Source: Candidatus Ozemobacteraceae bacterium
GTDB taxonomy: Bacteria; Muiribacteriota; Ozemobacteria; Ozemobacterales; Ozemobacteraceae
Reading direction: 5' to 3'
DNA: 64,000 nucleotides
Assembly: GCA_965140445.1 (NCBI GenBank)
Contig: OZ223236.1
Coordinates: 1,632,001 to 1,696,000, forward strand
Both the position numbers and the translations under genes were made by a program. Position 1 is the stretch's first letter. Each line of letters opens with the position of its first letter. Shown here in pieces: positions 17,182 to 27,037 of this stretch. The notes under the pieces were generated by a model. The model was not told the origin of the DNA. It worked only from the letters and a program-made list of their open reading frames with translations, and did no database searches.

Positions 17182-19269
17182 ATGCTTGAAATCAGCTTAA
17201 ATGAATTACCACGCAAGATTTCTACTTTTGATGCAGTCGAACAATGCTATCAAGAGCAACTGAGATTTGTTACCGCCCGAATTAAAGAAGAGGTTTCTGT
17301 TTTAATTCGCTGTGAAAAGCAGGTGATTCCATTTTTACAAAGCCTTATGAAAAGAAGGTTGTCAGCTGAAGGGAAATCTGTGTCCATAATTGATGGCAGA
17401 GCAGATTCTGAAGGATTAAATTCAACTCGCCTGTCTCGCATTGTCGGCCAACTCAGAGATCTGGTAAATAATACAGAACCAAATAAGGTATTCTTTTTGC
17501 CATATCTGGACATTATTACTTCTACCACTATGGGAGGATTAACTCAGGAAGCTCGTGAAATAATGACAATAATTCATGAGAATCCAATGTTGACTCTGGT
17601 TGCCTTCGAAGATCCGGACTTTCAGCTACCTGAATTGATCGCTCAGGCTTTCCCCGCAAGAAGTGAAATGTTGGGTATCTCTAGAAACAGGATTTCAAGC
17701 CTGATTACTGAGCAGGAAGCCAGAAAGTTCTGTGTAGATAAAATTAATCTCATGAGTATTTTCAAGTATGTTTCTGGTCTTAATCCCGTAAGGTTTAGAG
17801 AGATAATGGGGATTTTTGCCAGAAAAGCTGATTTTGATCCAACAATGCCTGAAATGCTCGCAAAATACCAGAATGAGCTCCGTGAATACACTGCTTGTGG
17901 CGATGCCTCCCTTTCTGACGTGCAGCTTGAGAGAGATATTGCCGGATATACTGCAGTGAAAGAAAAAATCAGGAAAAATATTTTAAATTTGCTGATGAAA
18001 ACCACCCAGATGAATGATGAAGACGAGATCAGAAAGATCGAAGCTATTATTCCCCGTGGATTAATTTTTTATGGCCCTCCAGGAACCGGGAAAACCCTTT
18101 TTGCCAAAGGTATTGCAGAGGCATTAAATGCTGCTTTCTACATAGTTAGCGGCCCTGAGTTAAAGTCTAAATGGGTCGGAGAGGGTGAGGCAAACATTCG
18201 TCGACTTTTTGCTAAAGCCCGCGCAACTTCGCCTTCAGTTATTGTTTTTGATGAATTTGATTCAATTGCTGGAGCAAGGAATAGCGGGGGAGGCGATGGC
18301 GCTTCTCAGGCATCTCATTCAATGGTGAACCAGCTGCTGACCGAGATGGATGGCTTTAGAAAAGACCAGCTGGTACTTGTTGTAGGGACAACAAACTTTG
18401 TGGAAAGTCTTGATGCTGCTTTTTTACGACCGGGCAGATTTGAGTTTCAGATAGAGATCCCATACCCTGAACCAGAAGATCGCAAGGGAATTCTTACCCT
18501 TTACAACAAAAAATTTAATACCGGATTAGCTGAAGAGCATCTGGAAAAGCTTGCAATGTGGACTGGGCGATCAACTAACCTGGGAACTCCTTACACAGGC
18601 GATCATTTAAGCGCAATGATTAAAGATTTTAAGAGATTTCAGATTAACTCTGAGGAAAACCTCGAAATTGATCAAATGCTTGCAAGCTGGCTTAAAAGTA
18701 AGGAAAACGATACTGTTTTAACCCCTGAAGAAGAAGCCGTTGTCAGTTGTCATGAAGCGGGACACGCATTGATGTTTTTTCATTATAAACGTCAGGATGA
18801 AATTACCAAAATCACTTTGGAAAGCGGTGGCACAAATGCTCTTGGTTATGTCGAATCCAAAAGTGCAAAACCCGATAATTTTTTCACTGAAGGGCGTTTA
18901 AGAAGTGAAATTGGGATATCCTTAGGCGGATATATTGCTGAGAGACTTGTTTTTGGAGAAGTTTCAACCGGTGCTTGCGGCGATTTGCGAAAATCAACAG
19001 CCATTGCAACAGATATGATCGCGATGTACGGAATGGGTGGAATCCCAAGAGATTACACTGGAAGAACCAATGCACCTGATCCATATTTTCTTGCCCAACT
19101 TTCTCCTAGAATTGATAAACTATTAGAAGTAGTTTATAAAGATGCAGAGGGATTTATTGTCAAAAATAAAGATGCACTGGTAAGACTTTATGAAAAGCTT
19201 ATTTCATCGCGAACCCTTGGCAAGGATGAAGTAATTCAAATCGTCGGAGATCAACTTAAAGATGGCTGA
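17182..19269 (+). CDS. Soluble AAA+ ATPase fused to an M41 (FtsH-type) zinc peptidase
   Basis: GPPGTGKT, IVFDE, TNFVESLDAAFLRPGRFE, HEAGH, LGGYIAERLVFGEVSTGACGDL; no TM segments. Confidence 0.9.
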   Translation: MLEISLNELPRKISTFDAVEQCYQEQLRFVTARIKEEVSVLIRCEKQVIPFLQSLMKRRLSAEGKSVSIIDGRADSEGLNSTRLSRIVGQLRDLVNNTEPNKVFFLPYLDIITSTTMGGLTQEAREIMTIIHENPMLTLVAFEDPDFQLPELIAQAFPARSEMLGISRNRISSLITEQEARKFCVDKINLMSIFKYVSGLNPVRFREIMGIFARKADFDPTMPEMLAKYQNELREYTACGDASLSDVQLERDIAGYTAVKEKIRKNILNLLMKTTQMNDEDEIRKIEAIIPRGLIFYGPPGTGKTLFAKGIAEALNAAFYIVSGPELKSKWVGEGEANIRRLFAKARATSPSVIVFDEFDSIAGARNSGGGDGASQASHSMVNQLLTEMDGFRKDQLVLVVGTTNFVESLDAAFLRPGRFEFQIEIPYPEPEDRKGILTLYNKKFNTGLAEEHLEKLAMWTGRSTNLGTPYTGDHLSAMIKDFKRFQINSEENLEIDQMLASWLKSKENDTVLTPEEEAVVSCHEAGHALMFFHYKRQDEITKITLESGGTNALGYVESKSAKPDNFFTEGRLRSEIGISLGGYIAERLVFGEVSTGACGDLRKSTAIATDMIAMYGMGGIPRDYTGRTNAPDPYFLAQLSPRIDKLLEVVYKDAEGFIVKNKDALVRLYEKLISSRTLGKDEVIQIVGDQLKDG

Positions 19270-22200
19270 AAACGGTGTTTACTTAAAAATGAAGACCCCG
19301 GCTGATATGATGTCAGCCAACTTTCTGGCCACTTCAGGGCAGCTTGGGGGGCGCTTTGTTCAGGAAGTTGAGCCGCCATGGACAATATGGTGGGAAGCCA
19401 ATAACGATAAAAGCTGGTTTAGCAAAATTGGGGGATTGATTCGTGGCGATGTAAGCGCGCCTGATTCAGTCTGGGAAACTGGAGTCCCCAGAAGTGCTCT
19501 GAAAAATATTTCATGGCTTGATCTCTTCCGAAAGTCAGTAATTAAGAAGCACGACACCAAAAAGGTTGCCTCCGAAGTTATTGTTTTAACCCCCGACAGA
19601 GAATTATTTTTTGATTTGGTAAAACAACATTTTGTCCTTCAACAAGGGCAAATAGAGGTTTCGGTTTTCGAGCCAGGAGAGAAATATTATCTTTTAAAAA
19701 TTAACTCACCCTCACTGTGGGTTTTCAGAAGAGTTGATCCAAATCGGCGCTGGACATGGTTTAATCGTGTTGATGGACAATCCGGACTCTATGTTGAAAC
19801 CGGTCATTACATTCATGATATTTCCGGCGATGAGGTTTTTAATAAATTTCATATTCTGGACAACGGTTTACTAATTGTGCAAAAAGATGGCCAGTTACTT
19901 ACTTTGAATCCAAAGTGGAGAAAGGGAGATAGTTTAATAAAGGTGGAATGCCCTCCCGTAAATCTTCCACAATCAGAAGAAAATGAGAAAATCGAAGTAA
20001 AACCGGTTCTAAGAAATACCGATGAAAGGCAGCTTGCTGTCCTTTGGAAAATAGAAGATTTAAATAGACTTAAAGCAATCATTATCAATGAATCTGTTAA
20101 TAGATTTAAGCTTTTTAAAGCCTGGTTTTCAGAAAGCGGAATTGTTTGGATATTTGCCCAGGATGAAGCTGCGGATAGAGCACTGGCAACAGTTTTGTCT
20201 GATGCTTTTTCTGGTTTCGCGCAGATTGATGAACAGGTATATGTTCCGATAGGCAGGCAACTTTCTCCAAGACTATCTTCAGATAGAATTCATAAGGTTT
20301 TTAATGCCAGAACAGGAGATTTGGTTTGCCTTGAAAACTCTCCAGAAGGGGTTCAGGCATCTGTGCTTGAAAAACAATATTTAAGGCCGGTAGAAGACTT
20401 CATTGTTTTGCAGGCTGAAAAAGCCCTGGATTGTTATGACCATAAAGCTCTGAAATGGAATTTTGAGTTTCCGGAGTTGAAAAAAAAAAAGCTGATTATT
20501 GAGATTCTGGTAAAAACCTCTGAATTGGGCGAATTTAAGGCAAAATCAGAGGAAGGACAGATTGGTGGCGGATCTTTTAAGAACCGAAAAGTAAGAAAAT
20601 CCAGCTTGAATATAAATCTTGATGATGTTCCCGTATATTCAGAGAATAAAATATCTGAATTTAAAATGCGACTGGATCAAGTAGATCAGCAATTGATGGG
20701 CGATGTGTCTTCAGCTAATCTCTGGACGGAAAGAGCCGAAATCTGCAAAAGCATTCGCATGAAAAATTCCTATTTTGCTAGTCTGGTTACGGCTGCAATT
20801 CTTAAAAAAGATCTAAAGCTGCTGGCTGATATTGCTTATGAATACTGTCAAAGTCGAAACGATTTCTCAGGCATTTTTTCACCAGAGGTTTCTGAGCTTG
20901 ATAAGGGAAAAATCCTGGGCAGAATTCGAAATGATCAGGTTAGCGCAGAGTTTAACTACTTATTGCTTCTTGCATTTGCGGCAAGGTTTGACGATCGAGA
21001 TATCTTTGTTCAAGCTGTGGAAAATATGAAGACAGGCTATGCAAGGGAATCCCGAACTTTTTACTCTTTTGCGGAAACCAGAGTTGCTGGTACCAGCGGA
21101 ATGAATCTGGAAAACAGGGTTGAACTTTTAAAAGAAGATGATTTTCCAAGGATTCGCACAAATGTGAATAAATTTCTTCAACAGTTGGGATGTTGTCCTT
21201 CTCTACCAGCGCTTGCAATTGCCAGAAAGCAATTCCATACCCTGCTGAAATTCCATCTGTCTGAAGCTACTGCGGATAAATTGGTTTCAAAGATGCCGCT
21301 CGGTGGTAGTTTTACTGGTTATTACAGACAGTCTGACCAGGAAAAAAATAAGATTGGGGTGGAATATGATTGCTGGAATTTGATAGAAAATTGGCCGGAA
21401 AGCAAGAATAACCCCAATATGCAAGATTATGAGCAAAGATGGTTAAGTCTTCTGGGTATGGAAAAAATTAGCGAAACTCCTCTCAAGGACTTTTTTACAG
21501 GTGAACTTTATAAACCACCATTTGGTTTTTACCGGCATGAAAAAGGCGTGGGAAGTCTTTCAAGCATTCCATGGATTGCCGACCTCAGTGATAGTGACTT
21601 TCCAGTCGAATCAGATGGAAAGCCAATTGCGCGCGCTATCTATATGAGATATGCAGATGGTCACAAAGATTGGGATGCATATTTTAAAAAATCTCTTGCT
21701 GATAAGAGCAGTATTATTGGAATGGCCAGAACTCAAAGGCTTCTATTGCTTATGGTTTCAGAGTTTGGACCGGTGCAGGAGTTTTCCAGGTTTATACTTC
21801 CAGCAACCGTGAAAATTGAAGGCGATAACAAGTGGGACATATATGCCCTCACAATGTATTGTGATATGTATCGTTTATGCCTTGCTTATCGAAAGCCTGT
21901 AGATGAGCAGAGGCTTTTCAATCTTCTTATAAGTAGAACTCCAAACCCACCAGGCGGCTGGGAGAATTTTAGAAGCTCTGCAGAATGGATCATTTTGTGT
22001 TTATTGCTTACAAGCTCTCCGGTTCGTCGTTTTCAATTAGACAATCTTGCTCAGCGCACCATTCAATGGGTAAGACAAGGCGTGGCGAAAGATGACTATC
22101 AGCTGACAATGGAGGCTTTGACTATTTTAAGCTTCCTTGGAATTGGGGTTCTTGCAGATCTGGTTCCAGAAAAACTTGAGTATCATCAACTATTAGAGAG

Positions 22201-22297
22201 GCGTAGAGTGCTTTGGCTTGAGCACGCATTTACGCTTAGTGCGGATAAGGAAAAAGCATGGAAAAGCTGGCAGGCAGCCTGTAGCTTTAGCAATTAA
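19262..22297 (+). CDS. Large uncharacterised protein of the FtsH/MoxR/vWA operon
   Basis: 1011-aa ORF overlapping the upstream stop; beta-rich N-terminal ~405 aa, then a helical C-terminal part. Confidence 0.75.
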   Translation: MAENGVYLKMKTPADMMSANFLATSGQLGGRFVQEVEPPWTIWWEANNDKSWFSKIGGLIRGDVSAPDSVWETGVPRSALKNISWLDLFRKSVIKKHDTKKVASEVIVLTPDRELFFDLVKQHFVLQQGQIEVSVFEPGEKYYLLKINSPSLWVFRRVDPNRRWTWFNRVDGQSGLYVETGHYIHDISGDEVFNKFHILDNGLLIVQKDGQLLTLNPKWRKGDSLIKVECPPVNLPQSEENEKIEVKPVLRNTDERQLAVLWKIEDLNRLKAIIINESVNRFKLFKAWFSESGIVWIFAQDEAADRALATVLSDAFSGFAQIDEQVYVPIGRQLSPRLSSDRIHKVFNARTGDLVCLENSPEGVQASVLEKQYLRPVEDFIVLQAEKALDCYDHKALKWNFEFPELKKKKLIIEILVKTSELGEFKAKSEEGQIGGGSFKNRKVRKSSLNINLDDVPVYSENKISEFKMRLDQVDQQLMGDVSSANLWTERAEICKSIRMKNSYFASLVTAAILKKDLKLLADIAYEYCQSRNDFSGIFSPEVSELDKGKILGRIRNDQVSAEFNYLLLLAFAARFDDRDIFVQAVENMKTGYARESRTFYSFAETRVAGTSGMNLENRVELLKEDDFPRIRTNVNKFLQQLGCCPSLPALAIARKQFHTLLKFHLSEATADKLVSKMPLGGSFTGYYRQSDQEKNKIGVEYDCWNLIENWPESKNNPNMQDYEQRWLSLLGMEKISETPLKDFFTGELYKPPFGFYRHEKGVGSLSSIPWIADLSDSDFPVESDGKPIARAIYMRYADGHKDWDAYFKKSLADKSSIIGMARTQRLLLLMVSEFGPVQEFSRFILPATVKIEGDNKWDIYALTMYCDMYRLCLAYRKPVDEQRLFNLLISRTPNPPGGWENFRSSAEWIILCLLLTSSPVRRFQLDNLAQRTIQWVRQGVAKDDYQLTMEALTILSFLGIGVLADLVPEKLEYHQLLERRRVLWLEHAFTLSADKEKAWKSWQAACSFSN

Positions 22298-22306
22298 GGA
22301 GAATAT

Positions 22307-23290
22307 ATGAACTACGAAAGTCATGATTTGGATAAAATAAATGCAGCTAGAGAAAGAATTGTTGATTTTTATGGGCGGCTAGATGAATTTTTTCTTAAAC
22401 GTAGTGATTTGCTTAAGCTTATGATGGTTGCTACAGCTGCTCAAGAACCAATGTTGTTTATTGGCCGTCCGGGAACTGCAAAATCTTTGTTGGTTTCTGT
22501 GTTTTGTCAGGGACTTGGCCTTCCACAGGAAGACTACTATGAATATATGCTCACAAAGTTCTCTGAACCAAGCGAAATTATGGGGCCCGTAGACATCCAG
22601 CAGCTTAAAACAGGCAAATATATGCGCAAAGTTGATGGGCACCTTCCAACAGCTAAAATTGCATTCCTTGATGAAATTTTTAAAGCTAACTCTGCAATTT
22701 TGAACATGCTTTTAACTGTAATCAACGAACGTAAATACTATCAGGAAGGCAGACCAATTCCAGTTCCATTGGTCTGTATGTTTGCCGCAAGCAATGAAAT
22801 ACCTGATTTTGGGGAGTTTGACGCTCTTAAAGACAGATTCATTATTAAAGCTGAGACATTGCCAGTTCGTGAATCGTGCTTTCATGAGCTGATTAGAATG
22901 GGAGTTAAGTTTGAAGCAAGATCTTATAATCGAGAAAAGCCCTGGAAGTCTGATTGCACACTTGATGATTTCCTGCTGATACACGACTACCTTGTTTCAA
23001 CAGTTATCCCAAAGGGAATTGAAAGACCAGATGAGTCGTTACTTGGTGACGAAAGAATTACTACAGCGTTTAAAGCTCTAATCGCAGTGCTATCCGATGA
23101 ACTCAAGGTCGAGATCACAGATAGAAAGCTGATAAAGCTTTATAAGCTTATTATGACTCAAGCTTTCATTTTTAATGGTGGAAATGTAACCAAAGAAGAG
23201 CTGAAGATCCTTTGCTATTGCGGAAACAACTTTTCTGATGTGAAGAAAATCAAAAGCTACATCGAAGAAAGACTGGAAAATATGGACTAG
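22307..23290 (+). CDS. MoxR-family (RavA-like) AAA+ ATPase
   Basis: FIGRPGTAKS, LTKFSEPSEIMGP, AFLDEIFKANSAILNMLL, AASNEIP, ALKDRF. Confidence 0.92.
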   Translation: MNYESHDLDKINAARERIVDFYGRLDEFFLKRSDLLKLMMVATAAQEPMLFIGRPGTAKSLLVSVFCQGLGLPQEDYYEYMLTKFSEPSEIMGPVDIQQLKTGKYMRKVDGHLPTAKIAFLDEIFKANSAILNMLLTVINERKYYQEGRPIPVPLVCMFAASNEIPDFGEFDALKDRFIIKAETLPVRESCFHELIRMGVKFEARSYNREKPWKSDCTLDDFLLIHDYLVSTVIPKGIERPDESLLGDERITTAFKALIAVLSDELKVEITDRKLIKLYKLIMTQAFIFNGGNVTKEELKILCYCGNNFSDVKKIKSYIEERLENMD

Positions 23291-23298
23291 GTGCAGTT

Positions 23299-24606
23299 AT
23301 GCAATTGTTGAAACCAGACCAGATTGCGTACTGGTATAAATATTCGTTGCAAAGATCCGGATTCAGCGAAATCCGTGTTTTTGTGCGTGAATTTTGGAAA
23401 GAGTTGGCAAAAGAAGGTAATACCGCATTTCCACCGGGGTTTTTGGCTCTGTTAATCGAGGAGTTGATGTCAATTCCGGCAGGAAACAAAATTGATGGGG
23501 CAGCTCCGTTAGAATCAGAAGTTCAGCTGATTGAAGGGTTGAGAAACTCTCATGGATTTGACCGCCTTGAAGGTATTTTTATACTTAATGGTGCAGACAA
23601 GGATTTGGAGCTTGGTAAAAGTATCCTACGACAGCTAATTGATAGATTGCCGCAATTTAGATCCAGCTGGCTTGTTTTTTCCGGACCGGATATGGAGCGA
23701 TCTTTTAGTTCAGCAAGTCAAAACAGCGGTTTTGACTGCGAAAAAACTCTGGATTTATTGTATAAGGATTTTTATCAGCAACTTGAGATCAAGGAATTTG
23801 GTCTGTCATCTTCTGATATATTTGAAATTTCTCATCCCTCTTTGTTTGAAAAACCTACAGATCGTATTTTCTACCGAAAAATGACTACTGCGATGAATGG
23901 AATTTCTCTTTGGACTCAAAGTGTTTTTACTCTGAAAGAAGAAAGTAACTGGGTTGTAGCCCGTTATGGTGAACCACAGGTTTTGCCCATCGGGGGTTAT
24001 GATGCCATTTCAAATAAAGGAAATTTGTCCTCAATAATTCCTTCGGAATTAGCCTATATAGATGAGACAATGGAATTTGATCTTTTTGATTACAAATACC
24101 TTGAAAGTCAGCTCATGTATTTTAAAAGAGATTCTGGTGCAGTTTTCAGAATTAGAAGAAATGTTCACGTCAAAGTTGATCTGACTGAATTCTTTGAACA
24201 TGAACGGCATCTTGGATTGTTGTTTGCATGGGTACAAAATCTATCAGAAAAAATAGTCGAAACCTTTGTAAAAGATCTGGTGAATATTTACATTCATTTT
24301 TCTGGGTATCAACCATCTTCACTTACTGACGCCTGTAATTTCTTCAAACATTTTTTGAAAGAAAAAGGACTTGGAAACAGAATTTCACTGGTAGACGAAA
24401 AAGACGGCATCTCCGCTGATGAAATTCGTGAAGAATCTCAGTCCTGGCTTATTTCAGATAGGCCGGATGATGATAAAAAATTTGTTAGAGTTGTTTTTCC
24501 GCAAAGCGATGAATTTGCTCGTATGGAACCTTCTAGTCAGGAAAAAATACTTGGTAATCTTGTAAACAAGGCAGTTGAATTGATGGTGGAAAATGCAGAT
24601 AGCTAG
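23299..24606 (+). CDS. Degenerate vWA-like MoxR partner protein
   Basis: PIGGYDAISNKGNLSSIIPSELAY..DLFDYKYLESQLMYFKR resembles the pre-vWA segment of MoxR partners; no intact DxSxS MIDAS seen. Confidence 0.65.
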   Translation: MQLLKPDQIAYWYKYSLQRSGFSEIRVFVREFWKELAKEGNTAFPPGFLALLIEELMSIPAGNKIDGAAPLESEVQLIEGLRNSHGFDRLEGIFILNGADKDLELGKSILRQLIDRLPQFRSSWLVFSGPDMERSFSSASQNSGFDCEKTLDLLYKDFYQQLEIKEFGLSSSDIFEISHPSLFEKPTDRIFYRKMTTAMNGISLWTQSVFTLKEESNWVVARYGEPQVLPIGGYDAISNKGNLSSIIPSELAYIDETMEFDLFDYKYLESQLMYFKRDSGAVFRIRRNVHVKVDLTEFFEHERHLGLLFAWVQNLSEKIVETFVKDLVNIYIHFSGYQPSSLTDACNFFKHFLKEKGLGNRISLVDEKDGISADEIREESQSWLISDRPDDDKKFVRVVFPQSDEFARMEPSSQEKILGNLVNKAVELMVENADS

Positions 24607-25192
24607 AATAGTCGAAAAAACCAGCGTTGAAGGACCTTTTTTGCGCGCTGCAATCTGGTTTCAGGGCTGTACAATTAACTGCCCAGGCTGTTGTAACCCA
24701 GAATTTCAATCTATTGATGGTGGGGAGCTGTTAACAGTAGAGGATTTGCTAAATAGAGTTATGAATATTCCTGAAATTGAAGGAATAACACTTTTGGGGG
24801 GCGAACCTCTGGATCAAGCTTTTGAGCTTGAATCCTTTTTAAGGGAGCTAAAGAGAGAGACAAATTTGGGAGTGGTTCTTTTTACCGGTTATACTTCAGA
24901 GCAGATTCTTGAAGACTACCGCTACAGAAGTATTGCCGGTCTTTGTGATTTAATTATTGCAGGTCCTTTCTTGAAAGAGCAAACTCCTGATAGAAGGATG
25001 TGGATTGGTTCCAAAAATCAAAAGATTATTGAGATTACTGATCGATATGAAGATCTTTGTCAAAGTTGGCCAATGGGGAAGCTGGATATTGAAATTTGTA
25101 TTTCCGATGGAGAAATCAGCTTTAACGGCACTCCTCTGGAAGAGTTTGATGAGCTTAACGAAATTTTTTCCAAGACTGGAGGTAAGAATTGA
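24593..25192 (+). CDS. NrdG-like radical SAM protein (single 4Fe-4S cluster)
   Basis: VEGPFLRAAIWFQGCTINCPGCCN (CxxxCxxC), GITLLGGEPLDQ, FTGY, WIGSKNQ. Confidence 0.9.
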   Translation: MQIARIVEKTSVEGPFLRAAIWFQGCTINCPGCCNPEFQSIDGGELLTVEDLLNRVMNIPEIEGITLLGGEPLDQAFELESFLRELKRETNLGVVLFTGYTSEQILEDYRYRSIAGLCDLIIAGPFLKEQTPDRRMWIGSKNQKIIEITDRYEDLCQSWPMGKLDIEICISDGEISFNGTPLEEFDELNEIFSKTGGKN

Positions 25193-25488
25193 GAAGATTT
25201 ACAATAGATTTGGAATTTGATGAAAAATCTGGAGATACACGTTTGGTTGTGGATTTTCAGGATGACAGTATGACTGCAATTGAAATAAACGAATCTATTC
25301 GCAGTGGCGAAATGCTTGAGGAAGTTCTTAAGCAGGCGGGTCTTTTACTGGGAGAAGATGTGGCAAACCAGGTTCGTAGCGGCAAGCTTCCAGCAATTTG
25401 TCTTGATCATCATCCTGAACTAAGAAATTCAAAGGCAGGAATCTTGATTAATCAGGGCGAACAACAAAAACAGGGAATCGAACAGTGA
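25189..25488 (+). CDS. Small uncharacterised protein of the operon
   Basis: TTG start overlapping the upstream TGA, RBS GGAGGT. Confidence 0.7.
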   Translation: MRRFTIDLEFDEKSGDTRLVVDFQDDSMTAIEINESIRSGEMLEEVLKQAGLLLGEDVANQVRSGKLPAICLDHHPELRNSKAGILINQGEQQKQGIEQ

Positions 25489-26483
25489 AAATTGAAATAG
25501 CTCCCGAAGATATGATTTTTGAATACACAAATCAGCTTCTTTTGGGGATTAGAGAACCACAACTAAAATTCGAAAAGCATCTGGATAAAATGCCTCCAAA
25601 ATTTGATTATTCCGAGGAATTTTCAGAAAAGTGGAGTCAGCTTGTTGAGGTAACTGTTAGAAGGTTTCTGATTAATACATTTAAGTTTCGTCCTTTTGTC
25701 TATGATAGAAATGGTCAAATTGCACGATATTGTACAGCTGATAAAGAGTTCTGGCAGGATGTTGACATTAGTTTTTCATTCAGGTCAGCTGATAGAATTT
25801 GGGAATTGATAATGCTTGGCGTTCAAAAAGAAGACCCTCTTTATATAATGGCAAAGCCAGGTGATGCGCTTTTTCTGTCCATAATTAATAATGTTTTTGG
25901 GCAATATCATTTTAACTGGCTGATAAAAAACAATGCTAATTGGCTTATAATTGCGGCATTTGTAGCTCAATCTCCTGTAGCGCTAGATAGAATTCCCTGG
26001 ATGCCCCTCTTGGAAAGTCCAGAAAAGGTTCCTTTGCAGGTTAGAGATCTGCTTATAGAAAAGGTTAAGGCTTGCATGCTGCTGATTAACCATCTTGTCC
26101 GTGAAGTTTTTGCCAATAATCATTACGAACTTGGCGATCATTTTGGCGCTTTCGATGAATTGAGTTTTGTAACTGGCCCAATTAATTTTGGCCGAACAAT
26201 TCATGCTGGAGTTTTAAACCAAAAGGATCTTGATCAGCCAATGAACAGACATTTTTCACTTGGTCGTAAGCTTATCTCAGCTTTGAACAAAGCTATAGAA
26301 TACTGGACTACTGAAGGGGCAATTTGTATTGATGATGACAGGCACATAAGTGGCTATTCGCAAAGCTGTGGCCTGAATGATGAAATTAAGGCATTTGAAG
26401 CGATGCTTTCTGATTACAATGAACAGAAAAGTCTAGAGGAGGCAGTGCATGAGTCACTCATACAGGGTCAACCTACCCATTGA
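25485..26483 (+). CDS. Uncharacterised protein of the operon
   Basis: GTGA overlap with the upstream gene, 332 aa. Confidence 0.75.
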   Translation: MKIEIAPEDMIFEYTNQLLLGIREPQLKFEKHLDKMPPKFDYSEEFSEKWSQLVEVTVRRFLINTFKFRPFVYDRNGQIARYCTADKEFWQDVDISFSFRSADRIWELIMLGVQKEDPLYIMAKPGDALFLSIINNVFGQYHFNWLIKNNANWLIIAAFVAQSPVALDRIPWMPLLESPEKVPLQVRDLLIEKVKACMLLINHLVREVFANNHYELGDHFGAFDELSFVTGPINFGRTIHAGVLNQKDLDQPMNRHFSLGRKLISALNKAIEYWTTEGAICIDDDRHISGYSQSCGLNDEIKAFEAMLSDYNEQKSLEEAVHESLIQGQPTH

Positions 26484-27018
26484 ACTTTTAATCCCAGAGT
26501 CACAATTGAAAGATTTCGGGAGTTTCTCGCTGGTTTTTCCTTTGCTTGAGATTTTACCTGCAGCCAAAATGAGGGAAAAGTTGAGTAAAAAATTGTCTGA
26601 AGGAGATTATGAGGTTTCTGAAGATGGAACTCTTAATAAATCTCTCGGGGAAGGTGTTAGCGTAGTTTTTAATCCTGACACTGTTTCTGCCAAAATCACT
26701 GTTCCAGTTCCAGAAGAATGGTCTGTAATGGTTGAAGACATTCGGATGGAAAGATTTAAAGAAATGATCAATGACGCCCAGGAAAAAGGTTTAACTGTTG
26801 ATAAAGTATACTCCTCAGCTAAAGGAAACATTGTTAAAGATGTAGAATCGACCTTATTGCCAGCTGTAATGAGTGTGAAAGCGGAAGTAAATGCAGCGTT
26901 AAAAGAAGTTTATCGTGAAGCTATAAAAGAGAAGGCCTCTGCTATGGGATCAGTTGTGGGAGTTTCTGAAACTTCTGAAAATGGAACTTATCGCATTAGA
27001 GTTGAGATTGAAGGCTAG
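26449..27018 (+). CDS. Uncharacterised protein resembling FtsH ternary system domain X5
   Basis: MSHSYRV..LLEILPAAKM..EAIKEKASAMGSV..GTYRIRVEI pattern (recalled similarity, not searched); RBS GAGGAGG. Confidence 0.65.
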   Translation: MSHSYRVNLPIELLIPESQLKDFGSFSLVFPLLEILPAAKMREKLSKKLSEGDYEVSEDGTLNKSLGEGVSVVFNPDTVSAKITVPVPEEWSVMVEDIRMERFKEMINDAQEKGLTVDKVYSSAKGNIVKDVESTLLPAVMSVKAEVNAALKEVYREAIKEKASAMGSVVGVSETSENGTYRIRVEIEG

Positions 27019-27037
27019 ATAGAAGTTAGAAAAAATT

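Noticed and set aside
17182..19269. Calling this gene housekeeping ftsH
   Set aside because: It lacks TM helices and the FVG pore motif and sits in an accessory operon
24593..25192. Calling this gene nrdG
   Set aside because: No nrdD is adjacent, and the context points to another role
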